A stretch of DNA of 64,000 bases from Vulcanimicrobiales bacterium (GCA_038231455.1 JBBRLI010000004.1:96001-160000); one strand, 5' to 3'; shown: positions 48,201-57,204, numbered from the stretch's first letter. Notes: generated by a model from the letters alone, not told the origin. Made by a program: numbers and translations.

Positions 48201-48431
48201 ATTGAGCGGCGTCTTGTTGATGTCATCGACGTAGAGGAACGCGTTGCGTCCCAGTCCGATGTCGACAAAACTCGCTCCCATACCGGGGAGCACGTTTTGA
48301 ACTTTGCCTTTGAAGATCGAGCCGATGACTTTTTCTTCACGCTCGACGTAGAGTTCGGCGAGAGTCCCATCCTCGAGGATCGCGACGCGGTTCTCCCACG
48401 GATCGCTCGAAATGAGAATGTTGGTTGGCAC
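45252..48431 (-). CDS. rne: Ribonuclease E/G family endoribonuclease with long disordered C-terminus
   Basis: S1 domain (GKVQNVLPGMGASFVDIG), QIVKEPRGLKGARI, TEALTVIDVNSG, DFIDM, CPTC Zn-link. Confidence 0.95.
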   Translation of the reverse strand: MPTNILISSDPWENRVAILEDGTLAELYVEREEKVIGSIFKGKVQNVLPGMGASFVDIGLGRNAFLYVDDINKTPLNIGDVEITQGRTGWAINEKVSRGDDVLVQIVKEPRGLKGARISTNISLLGRYLILMPTGKYSGVSRKIESADERNRLKQLLKVIRPEGMATVVRTAAAGVSQAELIADLGVLIRMWHGILENYKRSASPALLHKDMNLVFKAARDFITPEVENVFIDDPEEAERVKDFMRLLGPQYVDRIQAYPGGRKLYGDYKIDDEMAKLLRPKVNLPSGGSIVIETTEALTVIDVNSGKFTGGKNLEDTIVKTNVEAAAEIARQVRLRDIGGIIVCDFIDMNSESARTKVIATLEQGLKKDRTRTTIQSFSPLGLLEFTRKRVGKDLAGQLRGACPTCSGIGTVMSPESVTISTFRKIAFESNGKNEPVHIHAAPIVGAQVEYWYETELQKLAEQIGTTIDVRVDPAIHPEKPVLVRGAEKTEAAAVRVGDEFEVELLNTRMPNATSAVAVVNGRLVEVENSANIAGHTIKIKVIDVDGDDILAEPRSGGVGVPAAASADGAAKKRRRRGGRGRKKELTAAEQAEELRELAEEAARGLEVRTAIGISTQAEADAEDANKLADEAQIAIAAAAAAAARAAAGEDDGAPAPRERGGRRDRTDRPGRDRAERSAETPAAPVPFAPRPAAPAASAGSGLRTVFPGESLSGDKVAKLPGETLSGNLVSAKVVDFAAAAAERGYQTERPAPAPRPQPAAANAVPAAEGEDGAPGRKRRRRRRRGRGGVGADAAVGANPALNNGAVLDDDADTEDEDDGDQAEVQGLTGVAADGDVRRKRRRRRRRGRGGADVAAQNGAPVSPDRQIFRVGADGAAHPTGDVAPKEPSRAIARIDSRRGAVALDAPKRIIPAPADDLKVTTPARRRATGVATRGPAPAIASKTLAALPAPAAEAPKRTRKAASADADAPTARAASVRKAAAAAPKRVAAAKKAATEPAVAKKAPARKATAAKATAVKTPAPKATATKAPAKKAAGALSTSKRAASDTAKKKTARKKS

Positions 48432-48719
48432 GAGTGGTCGCCTTTCCTGACGGTCACCACGCTCGCACGTTCACCCCGCGATGCGCCCCCGTACGCGCCG
48501 CAATACGGCCGCGCTCTGGCGACGGAGATCGAGCGGGTGCGCGATCTGCGCAGCCCCGTTTCCTATAATGCTTGAAAGCTTGCCCCTAAGCCGACGGTCC
48601 AAGCGCGACAATAGCCGGCGCGACCCGAAGACTTGGGATGGGGCGCTGTTCATGGGGCTGGCCAATTGGTCCTTTACGCGCGACCGACTGCCACCCACGC
48701 TCGGAAGATTTTGGCGAGC

Positions 48720-48785
48720 CAGAAGCGTAGCTGGATTGATTCGGTATCGTAGCTAAATTGGTGCAATACCGTAGCTTTTATGATA
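48720..48785 (+). repeat. Three tandem 22-bp repeats with invariant CGTAGCT core (putative operator)
   Basis: CGTAGCT at 48726, 48748 and 48770 (exact 22-bp period), abutting TGaTACACT (48781-48789). Confidence 0.75.
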
Positions 48786-48795
48786 CACTCGGACC

Positions 48796-49134
48796 ATGAC
48801 AGCCGGTCAGCTCTTCGGCGGGCGCCTGCGAACTCAGACGCTTTACGCCATCTCTGCTCTCAAAGACACGTATGCCACCGAGATCGCCAAAGCGATTGGC
48901 GCGCATCGCCCCAACGTGCAACGGCTCCTCGATGCACTGGAAACCGACGGCATCATCGTGAGCCGCGGCGAGCGCGTTCGCCGCGTTTCTCTTAATCCAC
49001 GATTTGTGGCGGCTCGCGAACTTGCGATGCTCCTGGAACGCCTGGTCGATTCCGATCCGGAATTCATGGACCGACTCGGTGAGCTACGCCGGCGGCCACG
49101 CCGTCCCGGAAAAGCCGTCGTGCCCCCGGCATGA
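48796..49134 (+). CDS. Winged-HTH DNA-binding protein
   Basis: YATEIAKAIGAHRPNVQRLLDALETDGIIVS. Confidence 0.8.
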   Translation: MTAGQLFGGRLRTQTLYAISALKDTYATEIAKAIGAHRPNVQRLLDALETDGIIVSRGERVRRVSLNPRFVAARELAMLLERLVDSDPEFMDRLGELRRRPRRPGKAVVPPA

Positions 49135-49676
49135 CGCTTCGAGACGTCTGCTTTCACATAGCAAAGATACTCGACGAGGCATCGATCAAGGCGACACTAA
49201 CAGGCGGAGCGGCCGCGACGATCTACGCGCCGGACGCGATCAGTTCACAAGACGCCGATTTCATCTTGTCTTTTTCCGGTGATTCCAAAGCAGCTCATGA
49301 TGCGCTGACGAATGCAGGCTATAGCCTTCGCAACGGAATGTATGAGAGCAATAAACATCCGTTCACCGTCGAATTTCCTCGCGGCCCACTAGCGATCGGA
49401 TCGACGAACGAGCCCATCGAGACAATCGAAATTTCTGAAGGCGATTCACGGCTGAGCCTTCTCTCCGTAACCGACTGCATAAAAGATCGACTCGCCGGCT
49501 ACTACGCATGGGACGATCCCAACTCTCTTCGACAAGCGATCGCCGTTGCGAAGGCTAACGCCGACCTCATCGAACTGCCGCGCTTACGCAAGTGGAGCGA
49601 AGCCGAAGATCGCATTGATTCGTCGATGCGCGCGCTAACCAAATTCCAGCGGTTCGTAAACCGCCTCGATTCTTAG
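49131..49676 (+). CDS. Pol-beta-like nucleotidyltransferase (AbiEii/DUF6036-like)
   Basis: LTGGAAATIY...SQDADF (GG..S.DxD); ATGA overlap with the HTH gene. Confidence 0.65.
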   Translation: MTLRDVCFHIAKILDEASIKATLTGGAAATIYAPDAISSQDADFILSFSGDSKAAHDALTNAGYSLRNGMYESNKHPFTVEFPRGPLAIGSTNEPIETIEISEGDSRLSLLSVTDCIKDRLAGYYAWDDPNSLRQAIAVAKANADLIELPRLRKWSEAEDRIDSSMRALTKFQRFVNRLDS

Positions 49677-49734
49677 GTGTACGACCGCACTTCGCGACTC
49701 CAACGGCGCTTGGCGCTAGCCGCCGCACTTGAGT

Positions 49735-50835
49735 TTAGAAAACGAGTTTATCTCGCTGCATTGCGATGTTGAGCAGCACGCCGACGGCAAGATAGTCGGT
49801 GAGAATCGCGCTTCCGCCGTAACTCATGAACGGCAGCGGGATGCCGGTGATCGGCATGATGCCGATCGTCATGCCGATGTTGATGATCATGTGGAAGGCG
49901 AGCATTGCGACAAGACCGACGCCGAGCAGTACGCCGAAGCGGTCACGTGCCGCGAAGATTGCGCGGATGCCGCCGGCGATGATGATCGCGTAGAGTGCGA
50001 CGAGGATCATTGCACCGAGGTAGCCGACTTCTTCGCCGACAACCGTGAAGATGAAGTCGCGCGAATGTTCCGGTACAAAATTGAGTTGCGTCTGCGTGCC
50101 GTGGAAGAGCCCTTTGCCAAACCACTCGCCACTGCCGACGGCAATCTTTGACTGTCGCAGATTCCAGCCGACGCCTTGTGGATCGGTCGTTGGATTGAGG
50201 AACACGAGCAAGCGCGCTTTTTGAAACGGTTTGAGCAGCTTGTCGCTTGTGAGTACGAACGACGCGACCGCCGCACCGCCGCCCATCACGATCAAGAAAT
50301 CCATCAAGTTCGGCAAACCGAAAAACAATTCGGCGAGCAAAATCGTCACGATGACGAGCGTCGTACCGAGATCCGGTTGCTTGAGAATGAGCAATGCGGG
50401 GATTGCAACTGCGGCAAGCGGGAGCAGCAACTCTTTAAAATTCTTGTACGTGCCGCGACATAGGAGCGCCGCGATTGCCGCGGCGAGCGCGAACTTCGCG
50501 GGCTCCGATGGCTGGAACGTGCCGAGCGGTCCGAGTGAAATCCAGCGCACGGCGCCGAGTGCGCCGTGGCCCTTCACAAGAATGAACCCGAGCAGGCCGA
50601 CGCAGACGATATAAATTGGTAACGCATAGCGTTGCCAAAAGTGATAGTCGACGAACGAAATGCCGAACATCAGCGCGATGCCGGCGATCGCGTACACCAT
50701 CTGGCGTTTGTATTCCATCGCGGCACTCGGATCGTGCAACGTGGCGGAATGAATGAACACGATCCCCGCGAGCGTGACGAGCACGCACGCTATTGCTAGC
50801 GGCCAGGCAAACGAGGCATACCAGGGACGATCCAC
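49735..50835 (-). CDS. rodA: Rod shape-determining SEDS protein RodA
   Basis: GAVRWI, FQPSEPAK, QPDLGT, QSKIAVGSG, PEHSRDFIF, GIPLPFMSYGGS. Confidence 0.93.
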   Translation of the reverse strand: MDRPWYASFAWPLAIACVLVTLAGIVFIHSATLHDPSAAMEYKRQMVYAIAGIALMFGISFVDYHFWQRYALPIYIVCVGLLGFILVKGHGALGAVRWISLGPLGTFQPSEPAKFALAAAIAALLCRGTYKNFKELLLPLAAVAIPALLILKQPDLGTTLVIVTILLAELFFGLPNLMDFLIVMGGGAAVASFVLTSDKLLKPFQKARLLVFLNPTTDPQGVGWNLRQSKIAVGSGEWFGKGLFHGTQTQLNFVPEHSRDFIFTVVGEEVGYLGAMILVALYAIIIAGGIRAIFAARDRFGVLLGVGLVAMLAFHMIINIGMTIGIMPITGIPLPFMSYGGSAILTDYLAVGVLLNIAMQRDKLVF

Positions 50836-50851
50836 GCCCCTGGCTTCGCGA

Positions 50852-51352
50852 TTAGGTCGCCGGTGCTTGCTGGCTGAGGTTGGGTCGGCGGCGGCGACGC
50901 TTACGCGCCGCCTTCGGCTTGGCCGGTTCGACCGTGCTTGTGACCGTGTCCGCGGGGACGGCGGTCTCGACGGTCGGCGTGACCAGCGCCGTATCGGCCG
51001 CCGCCTGCGGCTCGTGCGCGAGCGCGGCGTGAGCCGGCGTTGCGCTCGAAGGCGGTTCGTAGGGTGGTGCGGTCGGGGAAGCGGGCGGTGTCGATCGTCC
51101 GTTCCGCAGACCCAGGATCGGGATATTTGCGAGCATGGCAACGGCGCTGTCTTGCTGCTCGAAGCTCACGTCGGTGTTGGCGACGTCGACTTCGCAGTAG
51201 CGCGAGATCACCTCGATCAGATCGCGCTTGAGCGACTCGACCACATCGGGTGCAAGCGAGAGATGATCGGAGAGCAGCACGAGACGCAGGCGTTCTTTGG
51301 CAGTTGCGCCGGAGCGTTCGGGTTTGAAGAAGCGGGTGAGAAAGTCGAGCAA
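50852..51352 (-). CDS. minE: MinE with C-terminal Pro/Ala-rich and basic extension
   Basis: TTG start 1 nt after the minD stop; LDFLTRFF, AKERLRLVL, LKRDLIEVISRY, LANIPI. Confidence 0.9.
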   Translation of the reverse strand: MLDFLTRFFKPERSGATAKERLRLVLLSDHLSLAPDVVESLKRDLIEVISRYCEVDVANTDVSFEQQDSAVAMLANIPILGLRNGRSTPPASPTAPPYEPPSSATPAHAALAHEPQAAADTALVTPTVETAVPADTVTSTVEPAKPKAARKRRRRRPNLSQQAPAT

Positions 51353-51353
51353 T

Positions 51354-52190
51354 TTAGCGTCGTCCTCCGAAGAGCTTCTCGAAGAACGTGGGTTCTTGCG
51401 GAATCTCCGGCTTGGAAGTATCGGTACCGGCGATGCGCCCGGCGATCGCGCGAAACGACGCGCCCGTGCGCGAGGTATCGTCGTTCGCAAGCGGCTCGCC
51501 GCGATTGGTGGAAACGATGACGTCGGGTTCATCGGCGATCACGCCAAGCAGCGGCAGTCGAAGAATGGCATTCACATCCTCGACCGAGAGCATCTTGCCT
51601 TTTTTCACGAGCGCCGGGCGGATGCGATTGATGATGAGTTGCACCTTCATCGCATTCCCCAGCAGTCCGACGACGCGATCGGCATCGCGCACGGCGGAGA
51701 CTTCCGGCGTACAGACGATGATCGCTTCTTCGGCACCGACGATCGCGTTTTGAAATCCGGCCTCGATACCCGCAGGACAGTCAATGATCACGTAGTCGAA
51801 TTTGTCGCGCAAACGTTCGACGAGCGCCTTCATTTGCGCGGTATCGACTTCGTCTTTTTCGCGCGTCTGCGCTGCGGCAAGCAACTGCAGCGAGGGCACG
51901 CGCTTGTCGATGACGAGTGCTTCTTCGAGCGTCGCTTTTTCTTCAAGCACGTCGAGCACGTGACTGCGAACGCGATTCTCTAAGCCGAGAACGATATCCA
52001 AATTCCGGAGACCGACATCTGCGTCGATCAAGACGACGCGCGCGCCGGTGCGCGCGAGTGCCGTGCCGAGATTCGCGGTCGTCGTCGTCTTGCCGACGCC
52101 GCCTTTCCCGGAGGTAACGACGATTGCGCGACCGCGCGGCTTTGGAACGGAAGCGGCGACGGCCGCATTCTGCGGAGTCATCTCTTGCAT
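51354..52190 (-). CDS. minD: Septum site-determining ATPase MinD, copy 2
   Basis: TSGKGGVGKTT, DADVGLRNLD, DCPAGIE, PEVSAVRDADR; MTS TFFEKLFG. Confidence 0.93.
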   Translation of the reverse strand: MQEMTPQNAAVAASVPKPRGRAIVVTSGKGGVGKTTTTANLGTALARTGARVVLIDADVGLRNLDIVLGLENRVRSHVLDVLEEKATLEEALVIDKRVPSLQLLAAAQTREKDEVDTAQMKALVERLRDKFDYVIIDCPAGIEAGFQNAIVGAEEAIIVCTPEVSAVRDADRVVGLLGNAMKVQLIINRIRPALVKKGKMLSVEDVNAILRLPLLGVIADEPDVIVSTNRGEPLANDDTSRTGASFRAIAGRIAGTDTSKPEIPQEPTFFEKLFGGRR

Positions 52191-52193
52191 CGG

Positions 52194-52985
52194 TCAGCCT
52201 GCCTTAAACGCGCTCATGATCCGGCCGAAGAAGCCGGGGGCGCTTAGATTCGTGAACGGAATGAGTTCGCCGTCGAGTCGGCGCGCGATCTTATCGTAAA
52301 TCGGTGCGAGATGATTGTTCGGATCGAGGACGATCGGCTCGCCCCGGTTGGTCGTGTCGATGACTTCTTCATCGTCGGGAACGATACCAAGCAACTCAGC
52401 GGAGAGAATGTCGCATACATCTTCGACCGACATCATATCGCCATTACGCACCATCTCGGGGCGAATGCGATTGACGATCAGGCGAATCGGAACGCCGCGT
52501 TCGTGCAGCTTGCCGATCACGCGATCCGCATCGCGAATCGCACTGACTTCGGGCGTGGTGACGACGATTGCTTCAAGTGCGCCCGCGATCGCGCTGCGGA
52601 ACCCGTGTTCGATGCCGGCCGGGCAATCGATGAGCACGTAGTCGCAGAGTTCGGCGAGTTCTTCGACGACCTTGGCCATCTGCAGTTCGCTCACAGCGCC
52701 TTTGTCGCGCGTTTGCGCTGCGGGCAGAATCGAGAGCGATTCAAAGCGTTTGTCTTTGATGAGCGCTTGACGCAATTGGCAGCGCCCTTCAACGACTTCC
52801 ACCAGATCGAAGACGATGCGCTTCTCAACGCCCAGAACGAGGTCGAGATTCCGTAAACCGATATCCGCATCGACGAGCACGACCCGTTTGCCGCGCTGCG
52901 CGAGAGCCGCTCCAAGGTTCGCGGTGGTCGTGGTTTTACCGACGCCGCCTTTGCCGGAGGTGAGAACGATCCGCCGGCCGCTCAT
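52194..52985 (-). CDS. minD: Septum site-determining ATPase MinD, copy 1
   Basis: TSGKGGVGKTT, DADIGLRNLD, DCPAGIE, PEVSAIRDADR; MTS GFFGRIMSAF. Confidence 0.95.
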   Translation of the reverse strand: MSGRRIVLTSGKGGVGKTTTTANLGAALAQRGKRVVLVDADIGLRNLDLVLGVEKRIVFDLVEVVEGRCQLRQALIKDKRFESLSILPAAQTRDKGAVSELQMAKVVEELAELCDYVLIDCPAGIEHGFRSAIAGALEAIVVTTPEVSAIRDADRVIGKLHERGVPIRLIVNRIRPEMVRNGDMMSVEDVCDILSAELLGIVPDDEEVIDTTNRGEPIVLDPNNHLAPIYDKIARRLDGELIPFTNLSAPGFFGRIMSAFKAG

Positions 52986-53833
52986 CGGGCCTGCTCCCGC
53001 TGCGGAAACGAGGCTTCGGCGTGCGGCACGACGACGATCCGGCCGTTGTCGATATACGCTTGCTCGGGGACACTCGTCTTGCGCGGCTCGCCCGCATCGG
53101 CCGCGATCACCGTCGCGATGCGAAGCTGCGTCGGCGCGAGCTCGAGCGCGATCACGCGCGACTGCGCATCACCTTGCGCGCCGGCGTGCGCGACGCCGCG
53201 CATCGACCCGAAGACGAGGATATCACCGCTAGCGATCAATTCGGCGCCCGGGTTCACATCGCCGATCACCACGATATTGCCGAGGTTGTGAAGCGCCTGA
53301 CCGCCCCGGAGCGTACCGCGGTGGTAGAGCGTCGATACGCCCGCGGGCGCGGCGATCGGGATTGGCGGGATCACGACGGAGCTGGGGGCGGCGACCGTGG
53401 CACGGACGGCTTCGCGCTGAATGCGGCGTTCGGCGAGATCCTGACGGGCGCCGGCAAAGTCGGCCACGAGCGAGCGCGCGGCATCGGAGAGCACGACCGT
53501 CTTTTCGCCGCGGTTCTTGCGCACCGGCAGCGGCGCGACATCGGCGATCGGCGGCGTTCCTAAATAGGAGAGTTCCAGACCTTCGACGATCTCGCCGAGC
53601 TGCGCGGGGCCGTAAACGCCGTCGAGCACGATGCCGTAATTTCCGAGGAACGTGCGAAACGTTGCGAGCGCCGCAGCGTCGGATTCGAGCGTCCCCAGGT
53701 TCGCCGTGGCGCGGCTACCGCGGTAAAAGTCGGGGCGATCGGCAAACTGCGCGCGCAAATCCTCAGCCGCCTCGAGCAGCGGCCGGTCTACCGTGATCTC
53801 CAAAACTCGGCCTCGGCCGCGAACTGTCGTCAT
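52982..53833 (-). CDS. minC: Septum site-determining protein MinC
   Basis: TLRGGQ, GDVNPGAELIASGDI, RGVAHAG, PTQLRIA. Confidence 0.93.
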   Translation of the reverse strand: MTTVRGRGRVLEITVDRPLLEAAEDLRAQFADRPDFYRGSRATANLGTLESDAAALATFRTFLGNYGIVLDGVYGPAQLGEIVEGLELSYLGTPPIADVAPLPVRKNRGEKTVVLSDAARSLVADFAGARQDLAERRIQREAVRATVAAPSSVVIPPIPIAAPAGVSTLYHRGTLRGGQALHNLGNIVVIGDVNPGAELIASGDILVFGSMRGVAHAGAQGDAQSRVIALELAPTQLRIATVIAADAGEPRKTSVPEQAYIDNGRIVVVPHAEASFPQREQAR

Positions 53834-54081
53834 ACGTCCATCCTCCCGATCATCCGCGGCGCATTCCGATGGCTGCTAGGGCGGCCCTCCGCTCTCCACA
53901 TGGCTCCCACAACTAACTTCACTTATGCACACGCCCCCCACGGATTCGTCCACAGGCGCTCGCCCGCCTCAGGCTCCGAGGGGGGCGGGCAAGAGACTCC
54001 GTGCCCCACCGTGTCGAATGAAAGAACCCCGGAGAGCACTCGCAGCTCCTCGGACGCCTTGCGCCGCGAAAGAGATTGCCT

Positions 54082-56100
54082 GTGATCGCTCGCCGCTTCG
54101 TCCCCATCGTCCTGATCATGTCACTGCTGAGTGCCACCATCCCGGCACCCGCGTTTGCACTTTCGACCCAAAGTGAAGTGCAGCTCGGCAAAGAGACCGA
54201 CAAAGAGATCACGGACTCGACGACCGTCATTACCGACCCGTTGCTCAACGCCTGGGTCAACGAGATCTCGCAAAAGCTCTGGACGCAAGTCGCGCGCAAA
54301 GACGTCCCGTATAACATCAAAATTTTAGATGTGAACGACGTCAACGCGTTCACCACGCTTGGCGGTTACATCTACATCAACGAGGGGACGCTCGATTTCG
54401 CGCAGTCCGATGACGAACTCGCGGGAGTGATCGCTCACGAAACCGGCCATGACGAACGTCGTCACGCCATCACCGGCAGCACCAAGGCGAATATCGTCAA
54501 CATTCTCTTCGGCATCGGCTCGCTGTTCTCGCCATTCTTATATCGTTTCGGCCAGATCATGCAAGCGGGCGTGCTTGCGAAAATTTCGCGCGGACAAGAA
54601 ACCGAAGCCGATAAATACGGCCTGATGCTCATGACGCGCGCCGGATACGATCCCGATGCGATGGTCTCGTTCATGAAGCATTTAGGTGCGGCATACGCCG
54701 ATCACGACGATCTGGTCAGCAAGTATTTCGCCGATCATCCGGGCGTCCCCGATCGCGTCGCGCACCTGGTCGGTTATCCCGAACTCGATCCCAAGAATCG
54801 GACGCTCGATCAGCGTGTCGTCGCCGCGCTTCACAACGAAGCAACGGCGCGTTACGCAATCGCCGCGCGCGAATTTGCATCGATCGTCAAAGCCGATCCG
54901 CATAACGCGGTCGCGCAGTTTCACCTCGGTCAGTCGCAACTCGCGCTCGGTCAAACATCCAAAGGCGAACAGAATCTCGCCGAAGCGGCTACCGCCGGAA
55001 CACCCGAAACGAAGACCCTTGCGCTCTCGCGCATCCGTCAATTGCGCGATAGCGAAAAACGCCTCGACCTGCTCAAACCCAACTTGCAGCCGCTGCGCGA
55101 TGAACTCGCGGAGGCACAGCTGAAAGAATCGCAGGCCGTGACCGCGATTCAATCGCGTCACGACTCGGGTCGCGATCAACTCAAAGCCATCTCCGCGCGC
55201 CTGCAGAATCTCACGTACAGCGTGCCGGACTTCAGCCGCGTGCAAGTGCGCAAAGGCGGCCGGCTCGAAGCAGTAATCAAGAACCTTACCGGCATGAGCC
55301 GCTCGGTCGACACCGTGCAGGCCCATGCAACGGAGGCAATCCTTGGCGTCGGTTCGCTTGAAAAGAATAAAGAAGGCGGACTGCTCAAAGAAAACGCGGC
55401 GATTTACGCCGAGATGGCAGCACCGCTCAAGCTCACCCCCGTTCCGCCGCAGTCGCTCGCCACGCTCGCCGATTATCCGCGCACCTTCACGACGCTCCAA
55501 GCAGCCGATGCCGACATGCTGCGCGGTGTCGATGCCGGACGCGCCTCGCTTGCCATGATGGACGCGGGGCTCGGCGATCTCGACGTCTTCCTGCGCACGC
55601 TCGCACATCTGCAGTACGATATCCAAGGCGAGATCTCGATTGGCGACTATAACATGCTGCTGCCGCTCATGACGAAGGCGACCGACTCACTTAACAAAGC
55701 AGCCGTCGCCGCTTCGCAGTCATCGCAGCTCTTCAACATGGCGCGCTCGCGTCAGCTCGAAGCGCACATCACGCTTCTCGGCGTGCAAGGCAGCGGCGAC
55801 CGCTACGCGACGCTGCAAAAGGCGCTCAACGTGCGTTTCCACAACGACGGCCTCGCCTTCGATGAAATGCTCAAGAGCGATCTTGCACCGGGCGACGTCG
55901 TCGCTGCAACGATCGTTGCGGCCGACACGAACACAACGCCGGCCGCAATCGTGCAAGAAGCCCGCGCGACGAATAAGTCGATCGTGGACGTTGCCAACGC
56001 CCGTGGCATGCACGCCGAGGCCTTGGAGATTTTCCTCGGCTTGATCTACCTCAACTATACCGACGACCCCGAGAAAGAAGCCCGCGGCATCGGGGCGTAG
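54082..56100 (+). CDS. Exported M48 metalloprotease with TPR and long helical extension (BepA-like N-terminus)
   Basis: VNAF..GGYIY, ELAGVIAHETGH, SRGQETEAD, DHP; TPR-like segment. Confidence 0.85.
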   Translation: MIARRFVPIVLIMSLLSATIPAPAFALSTQSEVQLGKETDKEITDSTTVITDPLLNAWVNEISQKLWTQVARKDVPYNIKILDVNDVNAFTTLGGYIYINEGTLDFAQSDDELAGVIAHETGHDERRHAITGSTKANIVNILFGIGSLFSPFLYRFGQIMQAGVLAKISRGQETEADKYGLMLMTRAGYDPDAMVSFMKHLGAAYADHDDLVSKYFADHPGVPDRVAHLVGYPELDPKNRTLDQRVVAALHNEATARYAIAAREFASIVKADPHNAVAQFHLGQSQLALGQTSKGEQNLAEAATAGTPETKTLALSRIRQLRDSEKRLDLLKPNLQPLRDELAEAQLKESQAVTAIQSRHDSGRDQLKAISARLQNLTYSVPDFSRVQVRKGGRLEAVIKNLTGMSRSVDTVQAHATEAILGVGSLEKNKEGGLLKENAAIYAEMAAPLKLTPVPPQSLATLADYPRTFTTLQAADADMLRGVDAGRASLAMMDAGLGDLDVFLRTLAHLQYDIQGEISIGDYNMLLPLMTKATDSLNKAAVAASQSSQLFNMARSRQLEAHITLLGVQGSGDRYATLQKALNVRFHNDGLAFDEMLKSDLAPGDVVAATIVAADTNTTPAAIVQEARATNKSIVDVANARGMHAEALEIFLGLIYLNYTDDPEKEARGIGA

Positions 56101-56112
56101 GCCCCAAACTCC

Positions 56113-56142
56113 AGGCCGCCCGCGCTAGGGCGGCCTTTTTTT
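56113..56142 (+). terminator. Rho-independent terminator
   Basis: AGGCCGCCC-GCGCTA-GGGCGGCCT followed by a T-run. Confidence 0.9.
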
Positions 56143-56196
56143 ATGCCGTGGGCTATAAGGTGGAACAACCAACCTCAGAATCGGGTACAGAAGAGT

Positions 56197-57204
56197 ATGA
56201 ATTATCAAGCGGGCGTCATGGGCGCCGCCGACGTCTTCAACAAGCTCCGCTCCAGCATCAACGTCGGTGCCGTGCGCGCGCAGACACGCGCTCCGTTCCG
56301 CTTTTTGCTCTGCGGCGATCCGGGGCTCGTCTCCGAACTGCGAGCCCTCTTGCTTGCGGGCGGCGATGCGGATTTCATCCCGATGGACGCTGCCGCCACG
56401 CTCGAGACGATCGACCCGGGCCGGCTCGTCGAGACGAGCGACGCGAAGGCGATTCTGTTCCTCGGCCGCGTGGGCGACCGTGACGGCGCGCGCCTCGATC
56501 TCCTGCAGACATTCAAACTGCCGATTCTCTCATTGCTCGTCGATCCGGAGGTCGCCGCGCCATCCGGTCCGGCGTCCGCACCCGCCGCCGGAAATATCGA
56601 GGACTACATCGTCGCGAAAATCGATCGCGACACGCTCAAAGGCCGCTTTCTCCCACACCTGATCGATTGTTGCAAAGGCATCGAGATTGCCGTCGGACGC
56701 CGCCTCCCGGCGCTGCGCGAAACCGTCTGCGCGAAACTTACGCGCGATGCGGCAATGAACTCGCTCAAGATCGCGGGCGCAAGTGCCCTTGCCGATAAAA
56801 TTCCGTTCGTCGGCATCGTGCTCGGCGCGTTCGCATCGGCTGGCGACATGGTCGCCATCACCGGCATCCAGATGATGCTCATGCTGCAGATCGGTGCCGT
56901 GTTCGGGAAAGAGCCCGACATGCAGCGGATGTGGGAATTGCTGCCGATCGTCGGCGGCGGCTTCGGCTGGCGCATGCTCTCGCGCGAACTCTCGGGCTTC
57001 ATCCCCGTCGCTGGCATCTTCATCAAAGGCGCAATCGCGTACGCGGGCACGATCGTCGTCGGCGAGAGCGTGACGTTCTATTTTCTGCACGGCCGCCACA
57101 TGAGTCCGAGCGATGCATCAACGGTCTATGCGGATGCAAAGAGCGCCGCGATGCGTCTAGGGCGCGATATTTTCGACCGGTTACGTCCGCGTCGCGATCC
57201 CTAA
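56197..57204 (+). CDS. DUF697/YcjF-like protein
   Basis: DMVAITGIQMMLMLQIGAVFG, IPVAGIFIKGAIAYAGT; start uncertain. Confidence 0.7.
   Translation: MNYQAGVMGAADVFNKLRSSINVGAVRAQTRAPFRFLLCGDPGLVSELRALLLAGGDADFIPMDAAATLETIDPGRLVETSDAKAILFLGRVGDRDGARLDLLQTFKLPILSLLVDPEVAAPSGPASAPAAGNIEDYIVAKIDRDTLKGRFLPHLIDCCKGIEIAVGRRLPALRETVCAKLTRDAAMNSLKIAGASALADKIPFVGIVLGAFASAGDMVAITGIQMMLMLQIGAVFGKEPDMQRMWELLPIVGGGFGWRMLSRELSGFIPVAGIFIKGAIAYAGTIVVGESVTFYFLHGRHMSPSDASTVYADAKSAAMRLGRDIFDRLRPRRDP

Noticed and set aside
48720-48785. Possible mini-CRISPR or plasmid iterons
   Set aside because: The invariant core is only 7 bp with a 22-bp period and no spacers, and there is no cas or rep gene.
51354-52985. Second minD as an assembly artefact, or as FlhG/ParA
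   Set aside because: The copies differ throughout, and both carry MinD-specific GLRNLD/RDADR motifs and an MTS inside a minC-minE operon.
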